A stretch of 64,000 bases of DNA, taken from the NCBI GenBank assembly GCA_963663165.1, contig OY760175.1:64001-128000 (forward strand), read 5' to 3'. Of this stretch, positions 9,187 through 19,215 are shown one piece after another (the first letter of the stretch is position 1; each line of letters begins with the position of its first letter). The position numbers were made by a program, and so were the translations under genes. The notes below the pieces were generated by a model. That model searched no databases and had not been told where the DNA came from. It worked only from the letters and a program-made list of their open reading frames with translations. This stretch comes from an uncultured Desulfospira sp. GTDB lineage: Bacteria > Desulfobacterota > Desulfobacteria > Desulfobacterales > Desulfobacteraceae.

Positions 9187-10419
9187 ATGGAAGACCCGTC
9201 ACCCCCCAAACCGTTTCATTACGGCTGGGCCATTGTGCTCACCGGCCTGGCCGTTGTTTTTTCATGTTTGGGGCTGAGCCGGTTTTCCCTGGGCATGCTG
9301 CTGCCCTCCATGGGGGCAACGCTGGGCCTTAGCTATTCACAGATGGGGCTGATCGGTACCGGCAATTTTATAGGGTACATGGCTTCTGTGATCTTATCCG
9401 GATTGATTGCCGGCCTGCTGGGTGCCCGATGGACCATATCTGCCGGTCTGGTCCTGGTGGGGGTTTCCACGGCGGTCATCAGCCAGGCCAGTGGGTTTGG
9501 CCAGATCCTGCTGCTGTATACGGCCACAGGCCTGGGGTCTGGTCTGGCCAACGTTCCCATGATGGGACTGGTGTCCCATTGGTTTACCAAGGCATTCCGG
9601 GGCAGGGCCGCCGGCGGCATGCTGTCCGGGAATGGCCTGGCCATTGTGTTCAGCGGTTTTTTTATCCCCTGGATTAATACTGTCCAAGGCCCTGAAGGAT
9701 GGCGGGTCAGCTGGCTGGCCATTGGTCTGATTTGTCTTATCACAGCCGGTTTTACGGCATTGGTGCTGCGAAATGATCCCCTGCAGATGGGGCTTTCGCC
9801 TTTGGGGCCTGAGGACCCGCCGTCGGCCGTGCCCCCTGGTTTTTCAACAAAGCAGAACAGCCATCGGAAAACCATGGTTCATTTGGGGATGATCTATTTG
9901 CTGTTCGGGGCCACGTATTCGGTCTTTGTCACCTTTATCGTCACCGCCATGGTAAATGAAAGGGGGTTTGGCGAAGGGACCGCCGGCACCTTCTGGGCGG
10001 TGGTGGGGGGGCTGTCCATATTCTCAGGACCCCTTTTCGGTGCGCTTTCCGACCGGCTGGGCAGAAAAACCGGCATGATAACGGTATATACCCTTTTCAC
10101 CCTTGCCTATACGCTGGCCGCCGGGGGCCTGCCCAACCCGTTTCTGTATGCCTCTATTGCCATTTTCGGGCTGGCCGTGTGGAGTATTCCCACCATCATG
10201 TCCGCCGCTGTGGGAGATTATATGGGGCCGTCCCTTGCGGTAAAGGCCTTTGGCTTTATTACCCTTTTTTTCGGGGTCGGCCAGATTGTCGGGCCGGCAT
10301 TGGCCGGTTATCTGACCGATATTTCCGGCAGTTTTGGTATGGCCTTTGGGCTATGTGCCCTGCTCACGGCCTGTGCGGTGGTCCTGGCCTGGTTTCTTAA
10401 ACCCCCTGAAAGCATTTAG
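9187..10419 (+). CDS. MFS transporter (YbfB/YjiJ-like)
   Basis: About 12 hydrophobic segments, GxLSDRLGRK motif, WFxxxRGRAAG loop. Confidence 0.9.
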   Translation: MEDPSPPKPFHYGWAIVLTGLAVVFSCLGLSRFSLGMLLPSMGATLGLSYSQMGLIGTGNFIGYMASVILSGLIAGLLGARWTISAGLVLVGVSTAVISQASGFGQILLLYTATGLGSGLANVPMMGLVSHWFTKAFRGRAAGGMLSGNGLAIVFSGFFIPWINTVQGPEGWRVSWLAIGLICLITAGFTALVLRNDPLQMGLSPLGPEDPPSAVPPGFSTKQNSHRKTMVHLGMIYLLFGATYSVFVTFIVTAMVNERGFGEGTAGTFWAVVGGLSIFSGPLFGALSDRLGRKTGMITVYTLFTLAYTLAAGGLPNPFLYASIAIFGLAVWSIPTIMSAAVGDYMGPSLAVKAFGFITLFFGVGQIVGPALAGYLTDISGSFGMAFGLCALLTACAVVLAWFLKPPESI

Positions 10420-10439
10420 CCTGAACATGTATAGAAACA

Positions 10440-12026
10440 TTATTTCCCGGGCCGGACAATGCCCAGCTTTGACATTCTCGACTCCAGGGTGGTCGGCTTC
10501 ATCCCCAATATTTTAGCGGCGCCCTTTTCACCCCGGACACACCAGTTGGTTGTCTCAAGGGTGGCGATAATGTGCCTTTTTTGTATGGCATCAAGGGTGG
10601 CGCCTTGATCTGTCGCAATCTCCTGCTGTGCGGGAATACTGATTTGAAGGGATCTCCCCTTTGTAATGATCATGGCCCGCTCCACCACGTTTCGAAGTTC
10701 ACGGACATTTCCGGGCCACTCATACTGGCGAAGGGTATCCATGGTGGCATTGGAGATTCTGTCAATGCGTTTGCCCATCTTTTCGGAAAAATGGCGGACA
10801 AAAAACCAGACCAAAGCCGGAATATCGGACCGGCGCTCCCTTAAAGGGGGAATAATGAGGGGGAATACATTTAACCGGTAATAAAGGTCAGACCGGAATT
10901 CACCGGTCTTTACCGCCTGGAGCAGGTTCCGGTTGGTGGCGGCAATCACCCGGACATCGCTTGCAATGCTTTTGTGCCCCCCCAGCCGTTCAAACTTTTT
11001 TTCCTGAAGGACCCGGAGCAGTTTGACCTGAAGGGAAAGAGAGAGTTCCCCGATTTCATCTAAGAAAAGGGTGGATTTATCGGCCAGCTCAAATCGGCCG
11101 ATCCGCCGGGATTCAGCACCGGTAAACGCCCCTTTTTCGTGGCCGAACAACTCGCTTTCCACTAAATTGGAGGGCAGTGCCGCGCAATTGACCGTTACCA
11201 TGGTATGCTCTCGGCGAAGGCTTAAGGCATGGATGGCTTTGGCAAGCAGTTCTTTGCCGGTCCCGGTCTCCCCGAGGATCAGGACGGTGGTATCCATTTT
11301 GGCCACTTGCCCGGCCAGGACCAGCACATCCTTGATGCACTTGCTTTCTGCAATAAACTCATCCTGCTGATGGCGAAGAGAGATCTCTTCACGCAGGAAA
11401 ATATTTTCGGCTTCAAGTTTGTCCTTGAGATACTGGATTTCCGAAAAGGCCTGGCGAAGCTTCAGCTCTGAGGTTTTCCGCATGATGGCGTTGGCAAAAA
11501 CCATGCCCAGCATTTTTAATCGTTTTACAAGGAAATCCGGCCATTTCCGGGGGTTTTTCAAGCAGGCAAACCCCACCACACCGAGAAAAGAGCCCCCCAC
11601 GGCCATGGGAACCAGCACACTGGACTGAATCCCCTCGGTCCGGCAATGCCGTTTTTCAATGACCGCCTCATCGGGCAGGTCTTTTACATTTTCCATCACA
11701 ATGGTCCGGCACTGGTAAAGCCTGTGGGTGTACCAGGGTTGATGCTCGTTAAGGACCATATCCGGCATGGGGGAGACCCCGGGAACAGCATAGGCATGGG
11801 TTACAATCAGTTTTTTGAGGTCATCGGTAAACTGGGCCACACTGCACCGGTCAATATCCAGGGCTTCGGTAATCCGCTGGAGAACGGTTTCGATTTCAAT
11901 ATCAATTTTGTCTGCCGGCAGGTTCACGAATTTACTGGAGACCTCTGTCAGCAGGGTTTCAAATTGAAGGCGCTCTTCAAGATTAATTACGGATGGATCA
12001 TATGAAAGTTCATCTTCAGCTAACAT
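10440..12026 (-). CDS. Sigma54-dependent transcriptional activator (GAF + AAA+ + Fis-type HTH)
   Basis: GETGTGKE, ESELFGHEKGAFTGA, LFLDEIGE, WPGNVRELRN, C-terminal GAAKILG HTH. Confidence 0.95.
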   Translation of the reverse strand: MLAEDELSYDPSVINLEERLQFETLLTEVSSKFVNLPADKIDIEIETVLQRITEALDIDRCSVAQFTDDLKKLIVTHAYAVPGVSPMPDMVLNEHQPWYTHRLYQCRTIVMENVKDLPDEAVIEKRHCRTEGIQSSVLVPMAVGGSFLGVVGFACLKNPRKWPDFLVKRLKMLGMVFANAIMRKTSELKLRQAFSEIQYLKDKLEAENIFLREEISLRHQQDEFIAESKCIKDVLVLAGQVAKMDTTVLILGETGTGKELLAKAIHALSLRREHTMVTVNCAALPSNLVESELFGHEKGAFTGAESRRIGRFELADKSTLFLDEIGELSLSLQVKLLRVLQEKKFERLGGHKSIASDVRVIAATNRNLLQAVKTGEFRSDLYYRLNVFPLIIPPLRERRSDIPALVWFFVRHFSEKMGKRIDRISNATMDTLRQYEWPGNVRELRNVVERAMIITKGRSLQISIPAQQEIATDQGATLDAIQKRHIIATLETTNWCVRGEKGAAKILGMKPTTLESRMSKLGIVRPGK

Positions 12027-12234
12027 TCGTCACCATTCTCGAGCTACTTGAATAAACTTAAAATACAAATTGACCGCTTTCGTTTCATCCGTAATATCAA
12101 TCTTTTCTTTTACATTCAACTGATTTTCACAAAGGGGGTGTACGGTCTGTCAACAACCCGTCCAACCTGGCATCAAGCATAATGAATATGCCGGCACCCG
12201 GTTGAATGGTAAACCGGCTAACGGAAGATACCCT

Positions 12235-12279
12235 CAATAAAACAGGGCTGCCAAGGCCATAACGCCTTTGGCAGCCCTG
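12235..12279 (-). terminator. Rho-independent terminator of the Mo-enzyme/TRAP operon
   Basis: Stem CAGGGCTGCCAA / TTGGCAGCCCTG followed by TTTTATTG on the minus strand. Confidence 0.75.
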
Positions 12280-12315
12280 AAATTCATCAGCCCGGCCCAC
12301 CGGCCGGTTTTTTAA

Positions 12316-13617
12316 TTAACCAGACATCAAGTTGGGAAGAAACAGGGTCAGCTGGGGGATGGCGATCAAAAAGGCAATCTCCACCAGATCCGCCAGAATA
12401 AACGGCATCACCCCCTTGAAGATGGTGCCCATGGGTTCTCCTGTAATGCCTTGAATGATATATACATTCAGCCCCACAGGAGGGGTGATCAGTCCCATTT
12501 CCGTTACCCGGACCACCAGAATGCCGAACCATATGGGGTCAAACTGAAGGAACTCGATCATGGGGTAAAAGACCGGCACGGTGAGCAGCACAATGGCCAT
12601 GGAGTCCATCAGGCAGCCCAGCACGCCCACCACCAGCAAAATCACCAGTAAAATCACATACCGGTTTAAGTCAAGTCCGCCCACCCAGGAGGCCAGCTCA
12701 AAGGGAAGCCGGCTGACCGAGAAGAAATACCCCAGGATCATGGCCCCCATGACCACTAAAAACAGCATTCCTGTAGTCAACGAGGTCTTTACAAGGCTTG
12801 ATTTAAATGTGCCCCATGACATCTTGCGCCGCAGCATGGCAAAGCAAAGGGTTCCAAACGCCCCCACAGCCGCTGCTTCGGTGGGGGTGAAAATGCCCAC
12901 GTAAATCCCCCCGATGACAACAATAAACAGCAGCAGCACCTCCCATACTTTGGAAAAGGACCTGACCCGCTCCCCCATGGTGGCCCGGGGACCCGGAGGG
13001 CCCATTTCCGGCCTGAAATGGGTAATGACCAGAATGGTGAGCATGTAAAAAAGGGCTTCTAAAATACCGGGGACAAATCCGGCCAGAAACAGTTTGGCAA
13101 TGGACTGCTCTGTAATGATCCCGTAAATAATCAGGATCACGCTTGGCGGAATCAGAATGCCGATGCTGCCGCCGGCGGCAATACACCCCGTTGCCAGGGC
13201 AGAATCATAATTATACTTTTTCATCTCCGGCATGGCCACTTTGCCCAGGGTTGCCGCCGTGGCCAGGCTTGAGCCGCTGATGGCGGCAAAACAGGCGCAG
13301 GCAGCCACCGTTGCCATGGCAAGCCCGCCCCTCAGATGGCCAAGCCACCGGTGAACCGCCAGATAAAGATCCTCGCTGATTCCGGCATCAAAGGCAAAAG
13401 TCCCCATTAAAATAAACAAAGGGATGACACATAAATTCTGATTGGACAATGTACTGTACGGAACGGTTCGAAGCAGGCCCAGGGCAGGGTCCAGCCCCAG
13501 GGTATAGGCAAATCCTAAAAAACCCACCAGCCCCATGCACAAACCGATATGCATCCTGGCAAGGATCAGGATGACCAAAACAATGATACCGATAATTCCC
13601 ACAAGCATAGGGCTCAT
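12316..13617 (-). CDS. dctM: TRAP transporter large permease
   Basis: IPLFILMG, AAISGSS, GILIPPS, FTPTEAA, ITPPVGLN. Confidence 0.93.
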   Translation of the reverse strand: MSPMLVGIIGIIVLVILILARMHIGLCMGLVGFLGFAYTLGLDPALGLLRTVPYSTLSNQNLCVIPLFILMGTFAFDAGISEDLYLAVHRWLGHLRGGLAMATVAACACFAAISGSSLATAATLGKVAMPEMKKYNYDSALATGCIAAGGSIGILIPPSVILIIYGIITEQSIAKLFLAGFVPGILEALFYMLTILVITHFRPEMGPPGPRATMGERVRSFSKVWEVLLLFIVVIGGIYVGIFTPTEAAAVGAFGTLCFAMLRRKMSWGTFKSSLVKTSLTTGMLFLVVMGAMILGYFFSVSRLPFELASWVGGLDLNRYVILLVILLVVGVLGCLMDSMAIVLLTVPVFYPMIEFLQFDPIWFGILVVRVTEMGLITPPVGLNVYIIQGITGEPMGTIFKGVMPFILADLVEIAFLIAIPQLTLFLPNLMSG

Positions 13618-14096
13618 TCTGGCTTTTCCTCCTTAAAGCGGTTGGCGATCTGTTTTATTAGAATCAATGCAAACACAGCAAACCCCAGGGCCGTAGGAAT
13701 GACAAAGGGGAACGCCGGGACATGCAATACCGCGGATGTGGTGTTAAAGGATTTGACCTCCCAGAAATACAGGACATTCTGCCAGGAAATCAGAATGACA
13801 AATATCAGGGATATAAATGTGATGACCATGTTGGTGACGCTGCGGACCTTTGATGAAAACCGGTCCATAATCAGGTCAACGGCAATGTGGGAGTTATGAA
13901 ACGCACAATAGGCGATGCCAAAGGGCACCAGAACGGCCATCATATACTCTACCAGTTCAAACGCGCCGGGAATGGGACTGTTGAAAAGGGCGCGCAGGAA
14001 AACATCAAGTGTGGTTAAAAACATCATCAGCGCCAGCATGAATGCACTGGCGGCAATTAATATTTCAACCAGTTTTTTCATAAATGGTTGTTTCAT
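13614..14096 (-). CDS. dctQ: TRAP transporter small permease
   Basis: 4 TM segments, DVFLR...PIPGAFELVEY, HIAVD; start set to MKQPF at 14096. Confidence 0.9.
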   Translation of the reverse strand: MKQPFMKKLVEILIAASAFMLALMMFLTTLDVFLRALFNSPIPGAFELVEYMMAVLVPFGIAYCAFHNSHIAVDLIMDRFSSKVRSVTNMVITFISLIFVILISWQNVLYFWEVKSFNTTSAVLHVPAFPFVIPTALGFAVFALILIKQIANRFKEEKPE

Positions 14097-14250
14097 GTGT
14101 ATGAGATCCTGATAGAATAAAAACAAAGGGTAAAAAAACAGCCAAGAAAAAAAGAAGACCTTTGCGGTTTTCCTCTCCCCCTGCATATCAACGGGTGGCA
14201 GCCAATGACAAAAAAGCAAAGGGAGAAGAAAAAGGTGCCTTTAAGTTAAG

Positions 14251-15288
14251 TTACTCTTTGCTTAAAGCAACCGCCGCATCAAGAATCTCACGGGCATTTT
14301 TATGGCCGCTTTTTTCCATGTTTTTAACCCACAGCTCCCAAATGGGTTTTCCGGCCTGGTCCAGCCATCTTTGGTGTTCTTCTTCGGAAAGCTTCAGGAC
14401 GTCAATGGTTTTCCCTAAGGATTTAACCTTTTCAAAAACCCCGTCTTTGGCGGTGTCAAAATGATTTTTTCCCCAGAACTTTGATCCTTCAAGACCGCTG
14501 ACGCTCATGATGGCGTCCTGAATTTCTTTTCCAAGAGAGGCCCATTTGCGTTTGTTCATGGCAATGGAAAAGTAGACGGCAGGGAAAGGGGTTTCCGTGT
14601 AAAAATGGGCGACTTCATAAAGCCTGAACCCGTGAATGGCCTCCCATGGCGCTCCCATCCCGTCAATAACGCCTTTCTGGAAAGCCATGTAGATGTCGGG
14701 CATGGGGATCAGCATAGGGGTTCCGCCAAGGGCTTTCATCATATCGGTTGGGGGGCCGCCGCTCATTCTGATTTTCATCCCTTTCAACTCTTCAATGGTG
14801 GTGACCTTTTTGTCTTTGGTGAGCAGGATGTAAGGGTTGCTGGTAAACAGAAGCAGCACCTGGTTGTCGGTAAACTCTTTTTGAATGGATGGAAATTTTT
14901 CATAGAGTTTCCAGAATACCTCACTGCCCTTTTCTGCGGAAGTAAACGGAAGGGCCGGAAGGCTGATGACATCGGCCAGGGGGGTCATGCCGGACCAGTA
15001 CCCGTGAAAACACCAGGAAATATCCGAGATGCCCGTCTTGGTGGCACTCCAGGCATCTTTTCCCTTGCTCAGGGTATTGCTGTAATACACGTCGATTTTT
15101 ACTTTTCCGCCGGTGGCATCTTCCACGGCTTTGGCCCAGGGGCCAATGGCGTGCATTCCGCTCCAGCTGGTTTCAGAATTCTGGTTGGCGAATGTCAGTT
15201 TAATGGGCTTGGCAAAGGATACAGATGTGCAGCAAAGAAGAAGGAACGCGAGCGCTGGAATCCAAAAAGCCTTGTTGTTTTTCATCAT
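14251..15288 (-). CDS. dctP: TRAP transporter substrate-binding protein
   Basis: Signal peptide, ATGGKVKIDVY, LKGMKIR, LGGTP, FQKGVIDG. Confidence 0.93.
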   Translation of the reverse strand: MMKNNKAFWIPALAFLLLCCTSVSFAKPIKLTFANQNSETSWSGMHAIGPWAKAVEDATGGKVKIDVYYSNTLSKGKDAWSATKTGISDISWCFHGYWSGMTPLADVISLPALPFTSAEKGSEVFWKLYEKFPSIQKEFTDNQVLLLFTSNPYILLTKDKKVTTIEELKGMKIRMSGGPPTDMMKALGGTPMLIPMPDIYMAFQKGVIDGMGAPWEAIHGFRLYEVAHFYTETPFPAVYFSIAMNKRKWASLGKEIQDAIMSVSGLEGSKFWGKNHFDTAKDGVFEKVKSLGKTIDVLKLSEEEHQRWLDQAGKPIWELWVKNMEKSGHKNAREILDAAVALSKE

Positions 15289-15344
15289 AAAACTCCTTTA
15301 CTTGGGTTACGTCTTGCGGTTATGGGGTTGTGGTACACAATGAA

Positions 15345-15677
15345 TCACCGGGGTGAAAAAATAACCGTGCGGGGCGTTACTTCCGCCACTTGAGCGAGCT
15401 GTTCAAGTGCACCGAACTGCATGCAGTTTGCCTGGCAATGCTTCACACAGGTGGGTTCTTCCCCCTGGCGGCATCGGTTGATGCACAAATCACACAATTC
15501 GGTCGGGAACGGAAGGTAGTCTATTGCCACCGGTTTTTTATCTGCTTTATAGACATATTCCGTTACCTTTATTCCGCACTTTCCCGCCGGGAAATCATGT
15601 TCTTGTTGACAGGCCACTTCACAGGTGTGGCAGCCGGTACAAAATTCATAATTGATGAGCAATCCGTTTTTTGACAT
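15345..15677 (-). CDS. Small Fe-S electron-transfer subunit of the Mo/W enzyme
   Basis: GLLINYEFCTGCHTCEVAC, CDLC, PTCVKHCQANCM (two-cluster, truncated DmsB-like). Confidence 0.88.
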   Translation of the reverse strand: MSKNGLLINYEFCTGCHTCEVACQQEHDFPAGKCGIKVTEYVYKADKKPVAIDYLPFPTELCDLCINRCRQGEEPTCVKHCQANCMQFGALEQLAQVAEVTPRTVIFSPR

Positions 15678-15694
15678 GATTGGGGGCCTCCTTC

Positions 15695-17929
15695 TTAAGC
15701 TTTGATTTTACACAGGGTCACAAGGGTGGTTTTGTACTGTCCGCCGCCGAAACCAGAGGCCGCGTGCTGGGGACCCGGAACGATTTTATTGATCTGATAA
15801 TCCCACACCCCGAACAGGTCCGGCTCTTTTCCCTTCATTTCCGGCATCCACCATCCATGCAGGGTATGGACCATTTTCGGATGAACCCGAAGGGAGATCC
15901 TGACCTTGCGTTTGACCTGGCCCATATCGTTCTCAAGATAGATCCATTCACCGTCATAGACATTGAATTCCTTGGCCGTATCCGGATGAACCTCTACATA
16001 GGGGTCCTGGTTTTTTTCTCTGAGCCATGGAATCATGCGGTGTTCGGAGTGGAAAAACAGCGAGGACCTGGCCCCTGTGATCATGATCAAGGGATATTTT
16101 TTATGAAGTTCCGGTGTGGTCACCGGGCTCTGGGGCGGCTCGTCAAAATAGGGGAGGGGATCAAGGCCCCAGCTTTCATAGGCCTTGCAATACAGTTCGA
16201 TCCGGCCGGTGTCCGTATTGAATCCGGGTTTTCCGTCATAGCGCAGCAGCCCCTTTTCATGGCGGCGGTAGGGTCTTGACGGGTCTCCTTTGGGCGGCAT
16301 TTTCTGGGAACCGGTTTTGACCAGATCATCAAAGGTGTATCCGGCTACGGAAAGGCGGTCATTGATCAACTCGCGCACGTTCTTGTATTTGGCATTGGGG
16401 TTGAGGCGATTGGCCATTTCGATATTGATCTCCCAGTCAGAACGGCACTCTCCCACCTGAACGGCTTTCTGCATGATGCCAAGGGGCACCCACCAGGAGC
16501 GGAAGCTCTCTTTTTCGGCAAAGGTGGCCGCCGGCAGGATAATGTCGGCCAGGGCCATGGTGGTGGGGTTGTGGAAAAGATCCACCACGGCCACAAAATC
16601 CAGTTTTTTCAAGGCTTCATAGTGGTATTCGGCCCGGGCTGCCTGGCCGCCCAGGATGTTGGCCGTCTGGATCCATGCCCCTTTGATGGGATAGGGTTTT
16701 CCCGTAGCGATCTGGTCAATGGCCATATCCGGCTGGGCCCATCCCCTGAATCCCTTTACCATGGGATAGGTATCGCATCCGATGCGAAGCTTGTTGAGCT
16801 TGTCCACCAGTTCCTGGCCGTAAAGCCCCACCAGTTCCTCTGTGGAGTAGGGATAGGTGGTCACCCCGTGAGACGGCCTTGCAATGACGTTGCCGCCGGG
16901 GATATCCACATTCCCTGTGATGGTCCACAAATGGGTAATGGCCTGGGCCACGCTGGTGGCCTGGGGGTTCATGTCAATGGGGACGCCCCACTGGATAGCG
17001 GCCGGACTGCTTTCAGCATAAAGGATGGCGGCTTCCCGGATCAGTTTTTCAGGGATCCATGTGATTTGGGAGACCTTTTCCGGGGGATATTCCTGAACCC
17101 GTTCTTTGAGTTTGTCAAACCCGTACACCCACTTGTCCACAAATTCCTTATCGTAAAGTTCGTTGTTGATGATGACATTGAGCATGCCAAGGGCCAGGGC
17201 GCCATCCGTACCGGGTCTGATCTGAAGATGAATTTTGGCCCGGGTGGAGGTCCAGGTGTATCTCGGGTCAACAGAGATGATCTGGCTGCCCCGCTTCATG
17301 CAGTCCACTACCCAATGTCCGAAAAATCCGTCCGGGCAGGTTGGCGGCGGGTTCTGCCCCCAGACAATGATGACTTTGGGCACCTCCCATTCGGGATCAT
17401 CATACCTTTTTGCCGAGAACTGGGAGGCATCCAGCACGGCAAAATCGCCCATGGCGGTTTTCATGGCCCCCAGCCTCGGGGTATAACAGGACTGGCCGGA
17501 AAGACCTAACTGGCACCAGTTGGGGCTGCCGTAATTGTACGCCAGGTAAGAGATGGGGCCGCCCACGTCCCGGCCGGTGCCCTGGGCAAAAATGACGGAC
17601 TCGGCACCATAATTATCCCGAATGTCTTTAAGGCGGGTTTCGCAGATATCTAAGGCCTCATCCCAGGAGATGGGTTCAAATTTTCCCTCGCCCCGTTCCC
17701 CCACCCGTTTAAGGGGGGTGGTAATCCGGTCCGGATGATAGACATACTGCTTCATGGCCAACACCCTTGGGCAAGCCCGCCCCTGGTTCCATGAGGCATT
17801 CTCATCTCCTTCAATTTTGATGAGTTTTCCGTCCTTGACATAGATATTCTGTCCACATCCGCCGTGGCATCCCGCGCCGGCTGACCAAGTGGTTGTCGGA
17901 ATCACCTCAATATTGCTGTTTTGTTCCAT
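15695..17929 (-). CDS. Cytoplasmic bis-PGD molybdo/tungstoenzyme (DMSO reductase family, acetylene hydratase/catechol dehydroxylase-like clade)
   Basis: WSAGAGCHGGC...ACPR, HPDRITTPLKRVGERGEG, GQSCYTP metal-ligand Cys, IRPGTDGALALG, ADIILPA, FHSEHR; no Tat signal. Confidence 0.88.
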   Translation of the reverse strand: MEQNSNIEVIPTTTWSAGAGCHGGCGQNIYVKDGKLIKIEGDENASWNQGRACPRVLAMKQYVYHPDRITTPLKRVGERGEGKFEPISWDEALDICETRLKDIRDNYGAESVIFAQGTGRDVGGPISYLAYNYGSPNWCQLGLSGQSCYTPRLGAMKTAMGDFAVLDASQFSAKRYDDPEWEVPKVIIVWGQNPPPTCPDGFFGHWVVDCMKRGSQIISVDPRYTWTSTRAKIHLQIRPGTDGALALGMLNVIINNELYDKEFVDKWVYGFDKLKERVQEYPPEKVSQITWIPEKLIREAAILYAESSPAAIQWGVPIDMNPQATSVAQAITHLWTITGNVDIPGGNVIARPSHGVTTYPYSTEELVGLYGQELVDKLNKLRIGCDTYPMVKGFRGWAQPDMAIDQIATGKPYPIKGAWIQTANILGGQAARAEYHYEALKKLDFVAVVDLFHNPTTMALADIILPAATFAEKESFRSWWVPLGIMQKAVQVGECRSDWEINIEMANRLNPNAKYKNVRELINDRLSVAGYTFDDLVKTGSQKMPPKGDPSRPYRRHEKGLLRYDGKPGFNTDTGRIELYCKAYESWGLDPLPYFDEPPQSPVTTPELHKKYPLIMITGARSSLFFHSEHRMIPWLREKNQDPYVEVHPDTAKEFNVYDGEWIYLENDMGQVKRKVRISLRVHPKMVHTLHGWWMPEMKGKEPDLFGVWDYQINKIVPGPQHAASGFGGGQYKTTLVTLCKIKA

Positions 17930-18086
17930 AACAACTCCTTTTATAATTTTAAAACGGCTAGAATTTTTTTAAAAAAAATGCGCAGCTATCGGCAGGCGGC
18001 TGCAGCCTGTACGGGAACTGCCGATAGCTGACGGCTTTCAACCACAACCAAACGCAATGACTTCCCCAAGACAGGTAAATGATACT

Positions 18087-18101
18087 TCAACAAACATGCC
18101 A
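18087..18101 (-). promoter_or_regulatory. Putative sigma54 promoter of the Mo-enzyme/TRAP operon
   Basis: Minus strand TGGCATGTTTGTTGA (correct spacing, GA instead of GC at -12); IHF-like site near 18131-18143; 20-bp-spaced repeat CCTCCRAWATATC at 18201 and 18221. Confidence 0.55.
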
Positions 18102-18246
18102 TGGCTGTAAAATGTGTTGGAATAGAGGTGTAACGTATTGGAATGTAATGATCTTATTTTGAGGGAAGGCGGTCGGACAAAGAAATCGTCACCAAGGGAA
18201 CCTCCGAAATATCGATCCCCCCTCCAATATATCAGGGGGCAGACGA

Positions 18247-19194
18247 TTAATTGATGGTCGTCCGGGTTTCCCAGTCATCGGGGACCAGGCCGTAATAGGT
18301 TTTGTGGATCACGGCCCGGACAAATATTTCCACGTTGGCCAGCCCCTTGGGATAGGAGACATGCTGCTGGATAAACTGGAAAAGGGTTCCGTTGTTTTTT
18401 GAATGAATGCACAGGATCAGGCCCGAATGGTTGTTCATGGTCATGAGAAACTGGACCTCGGGAAACCGGGATAATTTCGTGCAGATTTCATCGACTTCAT
18501 GGGGCTCTGCTTCCAAAAGGACATAGGCATCGGCCGAATAAGGGGTCAGACGGGAGGGGTTGGGAACCGCGCTGATTTTGATGGCGCCGCTCTTTTGCAG
18601 GGCTTCAATGCGCCGGTAGACCGTAGACAGGTGGGTGCCCGAGGCCCGGGCTAACTGGACCGGATTGGCCCGTCCGTCCCTGGCCAGGGTTTTAACAAAA
18701 TGCCAGTCAGTGTCCTTCATTTTTACAGGATTGCCGGCGCACGGCTGTTTTCCAAAAAACCGGTCATACCGTTTAAACACATCTTTGATAAAATAGGATT
18801 TTACCTTGAGGACGCCGTCCATGGCATAGATTTCATCATCAATAAACCGGTGGAGCTGTTCAATGTCGGGAAAATAGACAATGGCCAGAATGTCGTACCG
18901 TCCGAACACGGTCTGAACCAGGTTGACATGGAAGTTTTCTGAAAGGGCCCGGCAGATGGCCTCATTTTTTGCAAGATTGGTCTTCAGGACAATAACGGCA
19001 CTTGAAAAAAGCCCTAAAAGATACGGGTTGGGCCGGGCAATGATGGAAATCATCTTGTCGGCCAGCAGACGTTCGGTTTTTTTTGCAACGGTCTTGGCGG
19101 TGATGCTCAGTTTCTCAGCCATATCTGAATAGCTGGCACTGCCATCTCTTTGAAGCTCTCTGATGAGCTGGTAGTCGGTTTTATTAAGCTTCAT
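18247..19194 (-). CDS. Lrp/AsnC-family regulator with tandem duplicated HTH+RAM domains
   Basis: LIRELQRDG...GRYDILA followed by a second LARDGR...TVYRRIEAL unit. Confidence 0.88.
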   Translation of the reverse strand: MKLNKTDYQLIRELQRDGSASYSDMAEKLSITAKTVAKKTERLLADKMISIIARPNPYLLGLFSSAVIVLKTNLAKNEAICRALSENFHVNLVQTVFGRYDILAIVYFPDIEQLHRFIDDEIYAMDGVLKVKSYFIKDVFKRYDRFFGKQPCAGNPVKMKDTDWHFVKTLARDGRANPVQLARASGTHLSTVYRRIEALQKSGAIKISAVPNPSRLTPYSADAYVLLEAEPHEVDEICTKLSRFPEVQFLMTMNNHSGLILCIHSKNNGTLFQFIQQHVSYPKGLANVEIFVRAVIHKTYYGLVPDDWETRTTIN

Positions 19195-19215
19195 GGTGTT
19201 GTCCCATTTTACAAA

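Noticed and set aside
15695..17929. Acetylene hydratase, formate dehydrogenase or periplasmic reductase call
   Set aside because: Catalytic Asp position is His, no Sec/Cys-His FDH motif, no Tat signal
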